Below the pieces are notes generated by a model. It was not told the DNA's origin. It ran no database searches and saw only the letters and a program-made list of their open reading frames with translations. Source: an uncultured archaeon (GTDB taxonomy: Archaea; Asgardarchaeota; Heimdallarchaeia; Heimdallarchaeales; Heimdallarchaeaceae). Taken from it: a DNA stretch of 64,000 bases. The translations under genes and the position numbers were made by a program. Positions 29,906 through 39,184 of the stretch are shown piece after piece; the stretch's first letter is position 1; every line of letters begins with the position of its first letter. The DNA is taken from assembly GCA_964549075.1 (NCBI GenBank), contig CAZJUB010000006.1:11805-75804 (forward strand), in the 5' to 3' direction.

Positions 29906-31012
29906 TTAAATCTTAATTTTCTTTATACAATTCTGATCTATCTTATTTTCTAGAATTTCAACTCCAATTCCTGTATCTTTGTTGGGTACAGTAAGAGTTC
30001 CATCTTGGTTTAATTCAAAAATTGGTTTTATAATGTAATCTGTGTAATATCTAGCACTTTCACTTATGTCATTTGGTAGCGTAAAAGTCTTCAAACTAGC
30101 AACAGCTACATTTTTTGCTCTGCCAATCCCTGTTTCTAACATTCCTCCACACCATAAAGGAATTTTCGTTTCTTCTGCTAATTTGTGTATAAGCAAAGTT
30201 TCAGATATACCTCCAACCCTTGCTGGTTTAACATTTATTATTCTTGTAGCATCAATCTCTATTGCAACTCTAGCATCGTCGACATTTTTTATTGATTCAT
30301 CCAAGCAAATTGGTGTCGAAAGTTCTTTTTGTAAAGATGCGTGATCTATTATATCATAATATTGCAAAGGTTGTTCTATCATCATGAGGTCAAATTTATC
30401 AAGTTTTATGAAAATATCTAGGTCTTTAAGACGATAAGCATTATTTGCATCTACCATGAGAGGAAGATCAGGGTACTGATCGCGAATCTGCTTAATAATA
30501 TCCACATCCCATCCTGGTTCGATCTTAATCTTAACTCTTTGATAATTCTTCATTACTGCTGCTTCTATCTTTTCCAAAAGAATACTGACATTTTGTTGAA
30601 TTCCAAGAGAAATTCCAGAAGGAATTTTATCTTTAGTACCTCCAATCAAATTCTGGAGAGTTTTTCCTTTTATCTTACCATATAAATCCCAAATGGCATC
30701 CTCTACACACGCTTTTGCCATTTGATTCCCTTTTATACTCTTAGCAATCCCTTTGAACTCAGTAGGATGGGAGATCTCTTTATCCTTAATCCAAGGTACA
30801 AGATAATCAGAGATTATGTGAATACAAGAAGTTATTGTCTCTCCAGAATACCATGGACCAGCTTCTGAAACGCACTCACCCCATCCTTTAAATCCCTCAG
30901 ATTCAAGACAAATAAACAACATCTCTCTGTCTTTTGTTTCCCCAAAACTTGTTCTGAAAGGATATCGAAGATTCATTCGAAGTAAAAATAGATTTGCATT
31001 TTCAATTTTCAT
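29906..31012 (-). CDS. menC: o-succinylbenzoate synthase / N-succinylamino acid racemase (enolase superfamily)
   Basis: PFRTSFG, KIK, DAN, EQP, DES, K..RVGG, WCGGMLETGIGRA and DIS.S.RY. Confidence 0.9.
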   Translation of the reverse strand: MKIENANLFLLRMNLRYPFRTSFGETKDREMLFICLESEGFKGWGECVSEAGPWYSGETITSCIHIISDYLVPWIKDKEISHPTEFKGIAKSIKGNQMAKACVEDAIWDLYGKIKGKTLQNLIGGTKDKIPSGISLGIQQNVSILLEKIEAAVMKNYQRVKIKIEPGWDVDIIKQIRDQYPDLPLMVDANNAYRLKDLDIFIKLDKFDLMMIEQPLQYYDIIDHASLQKELSTPICLDESIKNVDDARVAIEIDATRIINVKPARVGGISETLLIHKLAEETKIPLWCGGMLETGIGRAKNVAVASLKTFTLPNDISESARYYTDYIIKPIFELNQDGTLTVPNKDTGIGVEILENKIDQNCIKKIKI

Positions 31013-31064
31013 ATCTATAACCTGATGTTGACATCTATTTCGAGAGAATTTAAAATTTTATCTT

Positions 31065-31898
31065 TCAGACTTCAAGAATATGAAAACATCTGATTGAATC
31101 ATGAGATTTAAGCACAATAAAATCAATAACCTTGTAATTTAGGTTGAAATATTTTTGAAAAGCAGCTCTAGTTTGAAGTCTCCATTCTATTGCAAGTTTC
31201 TTATTTGCTCTCTTCATTTCAACGAAATTATTGGGAACTTCAATGGAAACAACTGATTCTTTTAAGTCCATATTCATATCCTTAATATAGATATAATCAC
31301 CAACTTGAATTGTTTCAAACACTTGTTTTTTTGAATCTGATATTATATCACTATAATCTGTATAAATCTGATTTATGTGATTATCTACATGCTTAGATTG
31401 CAGATTCCAATCGCAAAAAAACCTGTCAGTTTCTATACCTTTATTCAACTGATCTTTTAATTCCAACCAATAATTGACTTTGTAGGTATTACAAGTAGCA
31501 CCTAATTTGTGAAGATTCAAGTTACAGTTTTTTGTTTGTAATGGATCAAAGACCCATTTAATTAGTTTATATCCATTATTAAGTGCCCATTTCCTTTGTT
31601 CTAATTTTAAAAGGCAACCAATGCTTTTATTCTGATATTCTTTCCTGACTGCATTGTGGTGGGAGTAGATAAATTTACGGAATTGTTTATTATAACCAAT
31701 CCAACCCCAAGTATAACCGATCATTAAATCATCAAGAAAAGCTCCTATTACCATTCCACCACTTTGAGAAGTAGCAAAAAGAATCCTTTTAGGGACAATT
31801 TCTCTATCTGGAAATCCCCACGAATCTTCCTGAACATTTTCTACCTGACTATATTCTTCAAAACGGTCTAGTACGCGAAATTTTATCTGATTTTCCAT
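31065..31898 (-). CDS. GNAT-family acyltransferase (NSAR-associated succinyltransferase type)
   Basis: YSH..AV..EYQ...IG..LK..QR, W.FDPL...N..LN..KLGA and TDRF..DW. Adjacent to the NSAR/OSBS gene. Confidence 0.85.
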   Translation of the reverse strand: MENQIKFRVLDRFEEYSQVENVQEDSWGFPDREIVPKRILFATSQSGGMVIGAFLDDLMIGYTWGWIGYNKQFRKFIYSHHNAVRKEYQNKSIGCLLKLEQRKWALNNGYKLIKWVFDPLQTKNCNLNLHKLGATCNTYKVNYWLELKDQLNKGIETDRFFCDWNLQSKHVDNHINQIYTDYSDIISDSKKQVFETIQVGDYIYIKDMNMDLKESVVSIEVPNNFVEMKRANKKLAIEWRLQTRAAFQKYFNLNYKVIDFIVLKSHDSIRCFHILEV

Positions 31899-31909
31899 GA
31901 CTTGACCTT

Positions 31910-33208
31910 CTATTTCTCAAATGAAAGAGATTGAACTGTAGTGTTTTTTAAAAATTCAAATAATATTACTGCGAATGCATAAGCTAAATTGTTTGGAGTG
32001 TACCTATCTCCTTTTGTTAGTCTTCTAATTCTAAAAAGCAATTGTTCGATTATGGTCTGTTTATTTTCTTCTATAAATTCGTGAGGTTCAGATACGAATT
32101 TAGCATATAATCTAATGTCAATTAGTGGTAGTGCCATCTGAGGATATTCTTCAAAAATACTAAACCAAGTTTCAAGTAAATATTGTAAATATTTCTCCTG
32201 GTCTGCTATATCCTGAATTCCAAATTCATCAACTGCCATTCGTCTAAGAACTCTCTCAATATTTCTCTCCAGATTTGTTCTTTTAGTTTCTGTTATCTCT
32301 TTTCTAAGTTTTAAAGTTTCAAATAACGTTTGTTCAATTGCTGATAAAAGTTGTTCAATTCTTCCATGATCCTTCTTATGTTGATCTAATGCTTGGAATT
32401 CTTTACGCATATCTGCAGTTTCTTCCTCAAATTCTTGATGACGTTTTTCTATGGTTTTATTGAAAGCTTCTTGTAAAATATCATAATATCGGGCTATTAT
32501 GCTATTATTAATTAAATCATATAGAACTATTTCATCATCTCCAAGAGGATAAGAATTAATAAAATCTGAATATAGTTGACCTGTTGATTTGACTGAATCT
32601 AGTAATTGTTCTTCGAACATAATTTTCTCTAGAGTATAAGCGAATATCGCAGCAATAAATCTTAAATCAACAGTGAACTCACCTACTTCAAAGAATAGAA
32701 AAGATTCTGTTAAGGCTGGCGTGAAATTTCTCAAATTGAGTATTGTTTTTACAATATCTTCATCAATTTCTAAACTACTAAGTTCTATAAAATGGTATAC
32801 GATATAGTTAATTGAGCTTGTAACTGTTTTCAAACTATTGATAAAAGAAGATAACAATCCTACAAATTCGTCATCAGTACATATCTGTTTCTTATCTGTT
32901 GCTTCTAAAAGAGCAGATATATCTTCTGCATAGAATGGGGCATCATATTTTTTCAAAATATCTTCTGTGACTATAATACCGTAGATAGCAAGTGCCATAT
33001 CCTTTTTCTGTGAAGATAAGAATCCAATATCACTTTTCAATTCCCTTCGTAGTTCACTTAAGAATGTTGGTTGTGTTTGTATAAAATGCTTAATCTTCGA
33101 CTCTAAGGTCGAGTATATCTTTCTAAATTCATTTACAATTTCAACAACATCTTTTGGCTCATATTGCAATTCCTCAGTATTAACAATCTCTCTAAACATC
33201 CTTAACAT
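31910..33208 (-). CDS. Hypothetical all-helical/coiled-coil protein
   Basis: 432-aa ORF overlapping the upstream gene; no motif recognised. Confidence 0.7.
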   Translation of the reverse strand: MLRMFREIVNTEELQYEPKDVVEIVNEFRKIYSTLESKIKHFIQTQPTFLSELRRELKSDIGFLSSQKKDMALAIYGIIVTEDILKKYDAPFYAEDISALLEATDKKQICTDDEFVGLLSSFINSLKTVTSSINYIVYHFIELSSLEIDEDIVKTILNLRNFTPALTESFLFFEVGEFTVDLRFIAAIFAYTLEKIMFEEQLLDSVKSTGQLYSDFINSYPLGDDEIVLYDLINNSIIARYYDILQEAFNKTIEKRHQEFEEETADMRKEFQALDQHKKDHGRIEQLLSAIEQTLFETLKLRKEITETKRTNLERNIERVLRRMAVDEFGIQDIADQEKYLQYLLETWFSIFEEYPQMALPLIDIRLYAKFVSEPHEFIEENKQTIIEQLLFRIRRLTKGDRYTPNNLAYAFAVILFEFLKNTTVQSLSFEK

Positions 33209-34409
33209 CTCCTTGGTAGATCTCGTCTATTTCTTTAAAATTCGATATTTTTTCTAACTCCTTACCTTTGATGAATTTAGTTACTTTCCAACCTCTTAGT
33301 TCTGATTTAGATATAACTTGCTCCCAATTGAACTCACCTTTCAAACCATTCTTGATATCTCTCATAATAACAGGAAGAGAAACACTTGATATAAAGCAGT
33401 TATCAGTATATCTTGTATCTGTGATGCAAGCAAAGATGTAGATTTCCTTCTTACCTTTAATTTCATAAATGAAATTAATCTGAATAATATCATTTGTATC
33501 CTTATAGGTAAATATAGCATCAGACGGGATGATAATGTTCTCTCTCATTTTATACTCTCCTAATTGATTCAATAATAATAGCAATTTACGATTTGGAAAC
33601 GTTTTATTGATCAAGTTTATCAAACTTTTAGGAGATGACTCTTCTAAATCAGTAATTATATTTTCAATTTCATTAGGAATAACAAATGATATATTTTCAA
33701 CTTTTAACATTGGAGGAGCTAATAAGATCTCCCCACCACAATCACATATTACACTTGTATTTTCTTCTAGAGTAGTATAAATCTTACCACACTTACCATT
33801 ACATTGTGAAACATCTGTTAAAACGTAGGCTTTGATTAATACAGCACCTGTAATCATAGGTGTCAAACCTGAAAAATCAGCTCTACCTCTTAAACTAAGT
33901 TCGTCACAAATCTGCCAATGGAGATATTTACCTAATTTATGTAAATCAATATTAATATCTTCAAGTTGTTTTTCCAAATTTATTTCTCCAAGCTCTCTAT
34001 AATATTGTGTTCTCTTATAGACGCCTAACAGTGCTTCTGAAATCAACTCAATCTCTTCATGTATACTGTTTAAATCTATATCATAGAAATTAGAACTAAG
34101 ATAATTTAGAAAACTAAAAGTATCGATTTTATGTTTTGTAAGAATTGAATAATTCTGTTTTTTATTAATATCAAATGCATCTAAAACAGTGTATTTTGAG
34201 CCATTCAACATATATTTCGCTTCATCAAAAACATCGTCCAAAGAGAAATTAGCAAGAGCTGCTTTTAATTGCTGTTTACTTGTTTTATCTATGTCTCCAG
34301 ATGTGTTTTTAAAGCATTCAAATATGTGTAAAGGTAAATTTGTCTCATTATCCGGAAATTCACCTATATATAAATTAAGAAGATCTGAAGATAAGTTCTC
34401 AATATTCAT
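33192..34409 (-). CDS. Hypothetical protein with an internal zinc ribbon
   Basis: CNGKCG...ICDCGG in a 405-aa ORF. Confidence 0.7.
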   Translation of the reverse strand: MNIENLSSDLLNLYIGEFPDNETNLPLHIFECFKNTSGDIDKTSKQQLKAALANFSLDDVFDEAKYMLNGSKYTVLDAFDINKKQNYSILTKHKIDTFSFLNYLSSNFYDIDLNSIHEEIELISEALLGVYKRTQYYRELGEINLEKQLEDINIDLHKLGKYLHWQICDELSLRGRADFSGLTPMITGAVLIKAYVLTDVSQCNGKCGKIYTTLEENTSVICDCGGEILLAPPMLKVENISFVIPNEIENIITDLEESSPKSLINLINKTFPNRKLLLLLNQLGEYKMRENIIIPSDAIFTYKDTNDIIQINFIYEIKGKKEIYIFACITDTRYTDNCFISSVSLPVIMRDIKNGLKGEFNWEQVISKSELRGWKVTKFIKGKELEKISNFKEIDEIYQGDVKDV

Positions 34410-34520
34410 AATTGATCCTTCTTATAATGGTAATATATTTTCAAATTTATTATTGAAAAAGGGTTTTTCAACTTTTACTTATTCTTCAGTAAAAACAAAA
34501 AAAATTACAAACATTTTTGT

Positions 34521-35033
34521 CTAGTTTTTAATACCTAACGCAATTTCTATAATTTTACGGAAAACGGGATAAAGATTCTTATCTTCCTTTGCTGAGACCT
34601 CAAAGTAAGCTGTCTTAAGTTCAGAAGCAACTCTCTCAACATCTTCAAGTTTTACTTCTCGTTTTTCTTCTAAATCAGTCTTATTACCTATAATAATAAA
34701 CGGAATATCTCCAACAGATTCATATAGTAAATCTTTCCAATAACCTAATCTATCAAAACTCTCTTTATTGGTTATATCATAAATAAGTGCTGCAATAGCT
34801 GAACCTTGAAAATATTTGGGTAAAACTGGTAAAAACCTCTCCTGGGAGCCAGAATCACCAATAATTAGCTTAATATCCTTACCATCGATCATTGTTTCCC
34901 AGATAAGAAAGTTTGCTCCTAATGTTGGTTGGTGAGATACAGGAAAGGAACCTTGAGCTTGTCTTAGTGCAATTGATGTTTTACCTACTCCTGGTTCTCC
35001 GCATAAAGATACTTTTAAGCTAATATCAGTCAT
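34521..35033 (-). CDS. Rab-like small GTPase
   Basis: G1 GEPGVGKT, G2 PTLG, G3 DSGSQERF, YFQGS, YDITNKESF, G4 NKTD and G5 VSAK. No C-terminal prenylation motif. Confidence 0.93.
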   Translation of the reverse strand: MTDISLKVSLCGEPGVGKTSIALRQAQGSFPVSHQPTLGANFLIWETMIDGKDIKLIIGDSGSQERFLPVLPKYFQGSAIAALIYDITNKESFDRLGYWKDLLYESVGDIPFIIIGNKTDLEEKREVKLEDVERVASELKTAYFEVSAKEDKNLYPVFRKIIEIALGIKN

Positions 35034-35136
35034 AGTTCACAGTACTACTCTTCTTTTTATTTTAAAGCGTTGTTATTATCCTAAGAATAAAAAGAAAATA
35101 ATTTATATTTCTACAATCTCTTTCTTCTGTATTCTT

Positions 35137-35322
35137 ATGAATGAAAAAGAACAATGTGGGGATTATGAAATTTACCAAGATGATGAAGGTTGGTGGGTAG
35201 TAGAGAATTTAAAAGATGGTAAAATTATTGGCAAATTTCTAAAGAAAACTGATGCATTAGATAATATTGCAAGATTTCTGCAAGATGATACAGAAAGAAC
35301 TGAACCAGAATCAGTCTGTTGA
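35137..35322 (+). CDS. Small acidic protein (possible radical SAM substrate or DUF2188-like fold)
   Basis: 61 aa with an ATG start. Its stop (TTGA) overlaps the start region of the radical SAM ORF. Confidence 0.6.
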   Translation: MNEKEQCGDYEIYQDDEGWWVVENLKDGKIIGKFLKKTDALDNIARFLQDDTERTEPESVC

Positions 35323-36683
35323 TTGTGATGACAAAAGAATTGATGTACCATATTTTTGAGAAAAACAACAGATTCTACTTGGTAGATGCTTATAATCAGT
35401 TATTCTGGCAAGTAGAACCTAATTCAGATAGTTTTGAAATAATTGAAAATCTTTCAGAATTTGGCTTTTTCAGTGATAGTTTTACCCAGAATAAAAAACT
35501 TAGAAAACCTGAATCTCAGCCTATAACTCATCTTGTAATTAATCCGTCAACTAATTGTAATTTGAATTGTTGGTATTGCTATGCAAAAGAATATAGGAAA
35601 AAAAATTCCAAACACTTGGATTTTGATGATATTAAAAGATCTATTGACATTGTTCTGAATTATAATTACGAAATAGATTCAGCTTCACATCTCTCAATTT
35701 TTTTTGGATTTACACAAGAAATAACCTTGGATTTTAAATTATTCTTAAAATTGAAGAAATATATCGAGGAGGCTAATAAGAGATACGAATCTCGCATTTA
35801 TTTGTTTCCTCCTTCATCCAATCTACTACATATAACAAATGAATTTGTTAATTACATTGATGAATATGGTTTTCTTATCGTTTCACTAGATCTCGAAAAT
35901 GAATATCAAAAGCAAGCTGTGATTGACAATCTAAGTATGTTTAAACAAGATGTAATAAAACAACTAATAATACCTATGAAAGCAGGAATTAGAGACCTTT
36001 TCAAAATTTATAATGAGTTTTCATTTCATTTTGATTATGTCTCATTGAGACCTGCAAGAGTTTCACTAAATTCCAAATTTCCTTGGAATGAAGAAACTAT
36101 TATGATTACTAAACAGGAAATATCTCTTTTATTCAAAACTTTACTAGAAAAAGATGATGAAGAAATTTTGAATTTTCTTCTATTACTCGGACCTAATGAT
36201 TACATAGGTAGGTATATAGATAGAATAATATCACGAACAAAAGTAATTGAAAGATGCCCAGCAGGAAGGAATGCTTTTACATTAGCACCTAATCTTGAAA
36301 TCTATCCCTGCTCAGGTATGATAGGCTATCCGGAATTATTTGTTGGGAAAATTGACTTAGTTTCAAACGAAATTAATTTTCATAAGACTTCTTATAACAA
36401 AGCTTCAGAAAATAAAACTTGTTTACGTTGCGCAATTCGTTTTTTCTGTGGTGGTAGTTGTCAAGATTGGTTATTCAAACAAACTAATTCAAAGCAAAAA
36501 TCTATTAACATATATGAATGTCAATTGAATTTACATATTTTTGAGGAAATTGTTCATTTTCTCTTTGAAATACAGAATAGGCGACCGTTTGTTCTTGATG
36601 AATATATTGAAAAGAAGAATTTGAGGAATGGTCTAAATTATGCGCTCAATTTTGATCAATTTTCCAAATTTTTTCTGTATTAA
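35319..36683 (+). CDS. Radical SAM/SPASM domain protein
   Basis: CNLNCWYC and a SPASM region CPAG...IYPC...CLRC.....CGGSC...C. The N-terminus YHIFEKNNRFYLVDAYN resembles CteB-type RRE strands. Confidence 0.88.
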   Translation: MIVMTKELMYHIFEKNNRFYLVDAYNQLFWQVEPNSDSFEIIENLSEFGFFSDSFTQNKKLRKPESQPITHLVINPSTNCNLNCWYCYAKEYRKKNSKHLDFDDIKRSIDIVLNYNYEIDSASHLSIFFGFTQEITLDFKLFLKLKKYIEEANKRYESRIYLFPPSSNLLHITNEFVNYIDEYGFLIVSLDLENEYQKQAVIDNLSMFKQDVIKQLIIPMKAGIRDLFKIYNEFSFHFDYVSLRPARVSLNSKFPWNEETIMITKQEISLLFKTLLEKDDEEILNFLLLLGPNDYIGRYIDRIISRTKVIERCPAGRNAFTLAPNLEIYPCSGMIGYPELFVGKIDLVSNEINFHKTSYNKASENKTCLRCAIRFFCGGSCQDWLFKQTNSKQKSINIYECQLNLHIFEEIVHFLFEIQNRRPFVLDEYIEKKNLRNGLNYALNFDQFSKFFLY

Positions 36684-36690
36684 GATTGCT

Positions 36691-37107
36691 TTAATCATGA
36701 TGGTCTAAAACTTGGAACAAATGACTGAGGCAAGAATTACAATCACTATTTCCAAATCCTACAATAGGTATAAAAGATGGTAGGTCAGTTAGTAATTGTG
36801 ATATTTGGCATTCTGTTTTTTTATCTAACATAATTCCTATGCCTTCTATAGAGGAAAATTTTGACATGGTAATTTGGTCTATATGCCAATGTTTTTTCTT
36901 TGATTTACGAATATGTCTGTGCAATCTTGAAGATAAACCTCCCATACCAAAAGCACTTCCAATATATAGGTAATAACCTGGTTTGATTATAGTCTTTTCC
37001 TTAGAAAAGGTTATAGGAATATCTTTGTTAATTCTGATAAAAATGATGTAAGTACCTTTTAAACCTACAGTGAAATTTATGATAGGACCTGGAAGAATTG
37101 TAATCAC
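36691..37107 (-). CDS. DUF123 / GIY-YIG (Uri-superfamily) endonuclease-like protein
   Basis: KGTY, GYYLYIGSA.G.GGL..R..RH, HWHID, EC, FG.SDC..C.SHL. Confidence 0.88.
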   Translation of the reverse strand: MITILPGPIINFTVGLKGTYIIFIRINKDIPITFSKEKTIIKPGYYLYIGSAFGMGGLSSRLHRHIRKSKKKHWHIDQITMSKFSSIEGIGIMLDKKTECQISQLLTDLPSFIPIVGFGNSDCNSCLSHLFQVLDHHD

Positions 37108-38138
37108 TCTTTTAAATCAGCAGCTTTTTCCCAGTAGCTAAGAGCTTTTTCTTCCTCTCCTAAGTCTTCATAAATATCTCCAAGCATCTGGTATATCTGA
37201 TAATTATCTTCATTATATCGCAAAGAATCTTTTAGATAAGCTAAAGCTTTATCATTATCTTTTGCAGCCCAAGCGAGAGAAGCTAAAGCTAAGGTTGCTT
37301 CTATAAATGCAGGATCTCTACTCAAACATTCTTCGTAATAACGAGTTGCTTCTTCAATATTAGCGAGTGCTGCATAAATTTTAGCTAAATGAAAGAAACC
37401 TAAAACATTGTCGGGATCAAGTTCAATTACCTTTGAAAAAGCATCTATTGCTTGAATTGAATCTTGTTTTATTTCTAATGATTTACCAAGCTGAAACCAT
37501 GCTGAGATACTTTCTGGATTTATTTTTGTTACTTTCTGATAATAATCGATAGCTCTATCATAATTATCAAGATCAAAATAAGTTTCTCCTATCTGAAGTA
37601 AAATCATCTCATTTTTTGGATCCATTTGTTCAGCTTTCATAAGGTTATTCCAACTTTCAATGTCGTTCCCCATTTTTCTATAAATTACTCCCAATAAACT
37701 GTAAATCTCAATATCATCTTCATATACTAGAAAGTTATCGTAGGCTTGAACTGCCTTAGGATACTCTCCAATCTTATAATACAGATTCCCTATTTTTTTC
37801 CAAATTTTATATCTTTTCTCGTCAATTTCTATTACTTTCTTCCATGCTAATATCGCTTGATTCCAGTCTTTCAATTTAACATAAACATCACCAGCTAATT
37901 CTAAAGAAGAAATATTATCTTGTTCAATTTCTAATGCTCGATTTAAATAATTAAGGGCAGATTGCGGATCTTCGATAAATAAATACAACCTTATCAAAAA
38001 ATTAAGAAATAAAACTTCATTTTCAAAATAATCTAAATTCTCTTCTAAAATGTTGATTGCTTCTTGAAATTTGTCTTGATTAATTAATTCCTCAGCTTCT
38101 GATAGAATAACCATTAAATCATTATTACCCTGCATCAA
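37104..38138 (-). CDS. TPR repeat protein
   Basis: About 9 consecutive TPR units. Confidence 0.9.
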   Translation of the reverse strand: MMQGNNDLMVILSEAEELINQDKFQEAINILEENLDYFENEVLFLNFLIRLYLFIEDPQSALNYLNRALEIEQDNISSLELAGDVYVKLKDWNQAILAWKKVIEIDEKRYKIWKKIGNLYYKIGEYPKAVQAYDNFLVYEDDIEIYSLLGVIYRKMGNDIESWNNLMKAEQMDPKNEMILLQIGETYFDLDNYDRAIDYYQKVTKINPESISAWFQLGKSLEIKQDSIQAIDAFSKVIELDPDNVLGFFHLAKIYAALANIEEATRYYEECLSRDPAFIEATLALASLAWAAKDNDKALAYLKDSLRYNEDNYQIYQMLGDIYEDLGEEEKALSYWEKAADLKE

Positions 38139-38236
38139 TTCTTTTACATTAAATCATACTTAAGAATATTATGTATTAGAAGGAATGATTAAGAATAAAG
38201 AAAGTTTTAAGTTGAAGAAGTCACTAGGTTATACAG

Positions 38237-39133
38237 ATGTTCCAGGTAATTGCTAGAAGGGATGATAAAGTCGGTTATGATATAATTCTTGCAGATATAC
38301 CTGAAGACCTGAAAGAGGATTCTATAGTCTTTATGCCTGAATTATCCTCTAAAAAACAAGAGCATATTACTTATGTCTCCAAGTATACTCATGCATCTGG
38401 GTATATAATTGTAAAACTTGTAAGAAGTGATGGTTTCGATCAATTTGGTAGACCAAAATCCTTATCTCATAGCTTGGTTATTCCATCAGAAGAATATTCT
38501 TCAAATTCTCTATTATATTATACCTCTCCATTAATCTATACTAATATATTTGATAAAACCGATACTAGTCCGTCAATACTTGGTAAAGACAGTTTTAGAG
38601 ATTCTACGAACAATATTCTAGAGAAGATTCAGCTCTCAAAATTGAGAGAAATAATTGTGGCAGCAATGATTAATAGAAAAGTCGTTTTATTTCCCTCAAT
38701 AGATAAAAAAGGAATTCTTGAACTCTCAAGCGTTATAGATAGGTCAATACCTTTTGAAGCTTCATATGATTTTTCTTTAATAACATATTCAGATATAAGT
38801 TGTAGAAAACAACTAGTACATAATATACTATACTTCTTCTCTGAAGAACAGAAAAATGAAGAAGTTGTAGAAATCAAGAGATTAGATTCAAAAGTCAGAA
38901 AGATAGCAAGAAAAGAAAGAAAATATCTTGATGAATATATAGAACTTATAGTTAAAAATGATTTTGAGAAGATTCTTGAAGAACATGCTTCATGGGTTAT
39001 TGGAATGTACCACGAAGATCACAAAGAACTCCAGAAGCTATTTACAAGTAGATATCAACTAAATATGCCTTTTTCAACTAGAAACAAGTTTCATGCTCAG
39101 TTGATAAACTACTTATCCAAATTCAATGAATAA
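38237..39133 (+). CDS. DENN/GAP1-N-like protein (hypothetical)
   Basis: GY.I, D.FGRP..LSHSLVI (uDENN/GAP1-N-like), IIVAAMINRKVVL (cDENN-like) and FSLITY. Confidence 0.55.
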   Translation: MFQVIARRDDKVGYDIILADIPEDLKEDSIVFMPELSSKKQEHITYVSKYTHASGYIIVKLVRSDGFDQFGRPKSLSHSLVIPSEEYSSNSLLYYTSPLIYTNIFDKTDTSPSILGKDSFRDSTNNILEKIQLSKLREIIVAAMINRKVVLFPSIDKKGILELSSVIDRSIPFEASYDFSLITYSDISCRKQLVHNILYFFSEEQKNEEVVEIKRLDSKVRKIARKERKYLDEYIELIVKNDFEKILEEHASWVIGMYHEDHKELQKLFTSRYQLNMPFSTRNKFHAQLINYLSKFNE

Positions 39134-39184
39134 CGTTGAAAGTGAAATTTTTTAAATGTTCAAATTCTCATTCCTTTGATTAAA

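Noticed and set aside
35310-35330. Selenocysteine readthrough at the Cys-TGA end of the 61-aa ORF
   Set aside because: The TGA is explained by overlap with the next gene's start, and no SECIS-like hairpin was recognised.
36691-37107. GIY-YIG-like nuclease as a homing endonuclease or mobile element
   Set aside because: It matches the stand-alone archaeal DUF123 type; no intron, intein or terminal repeats are visible.
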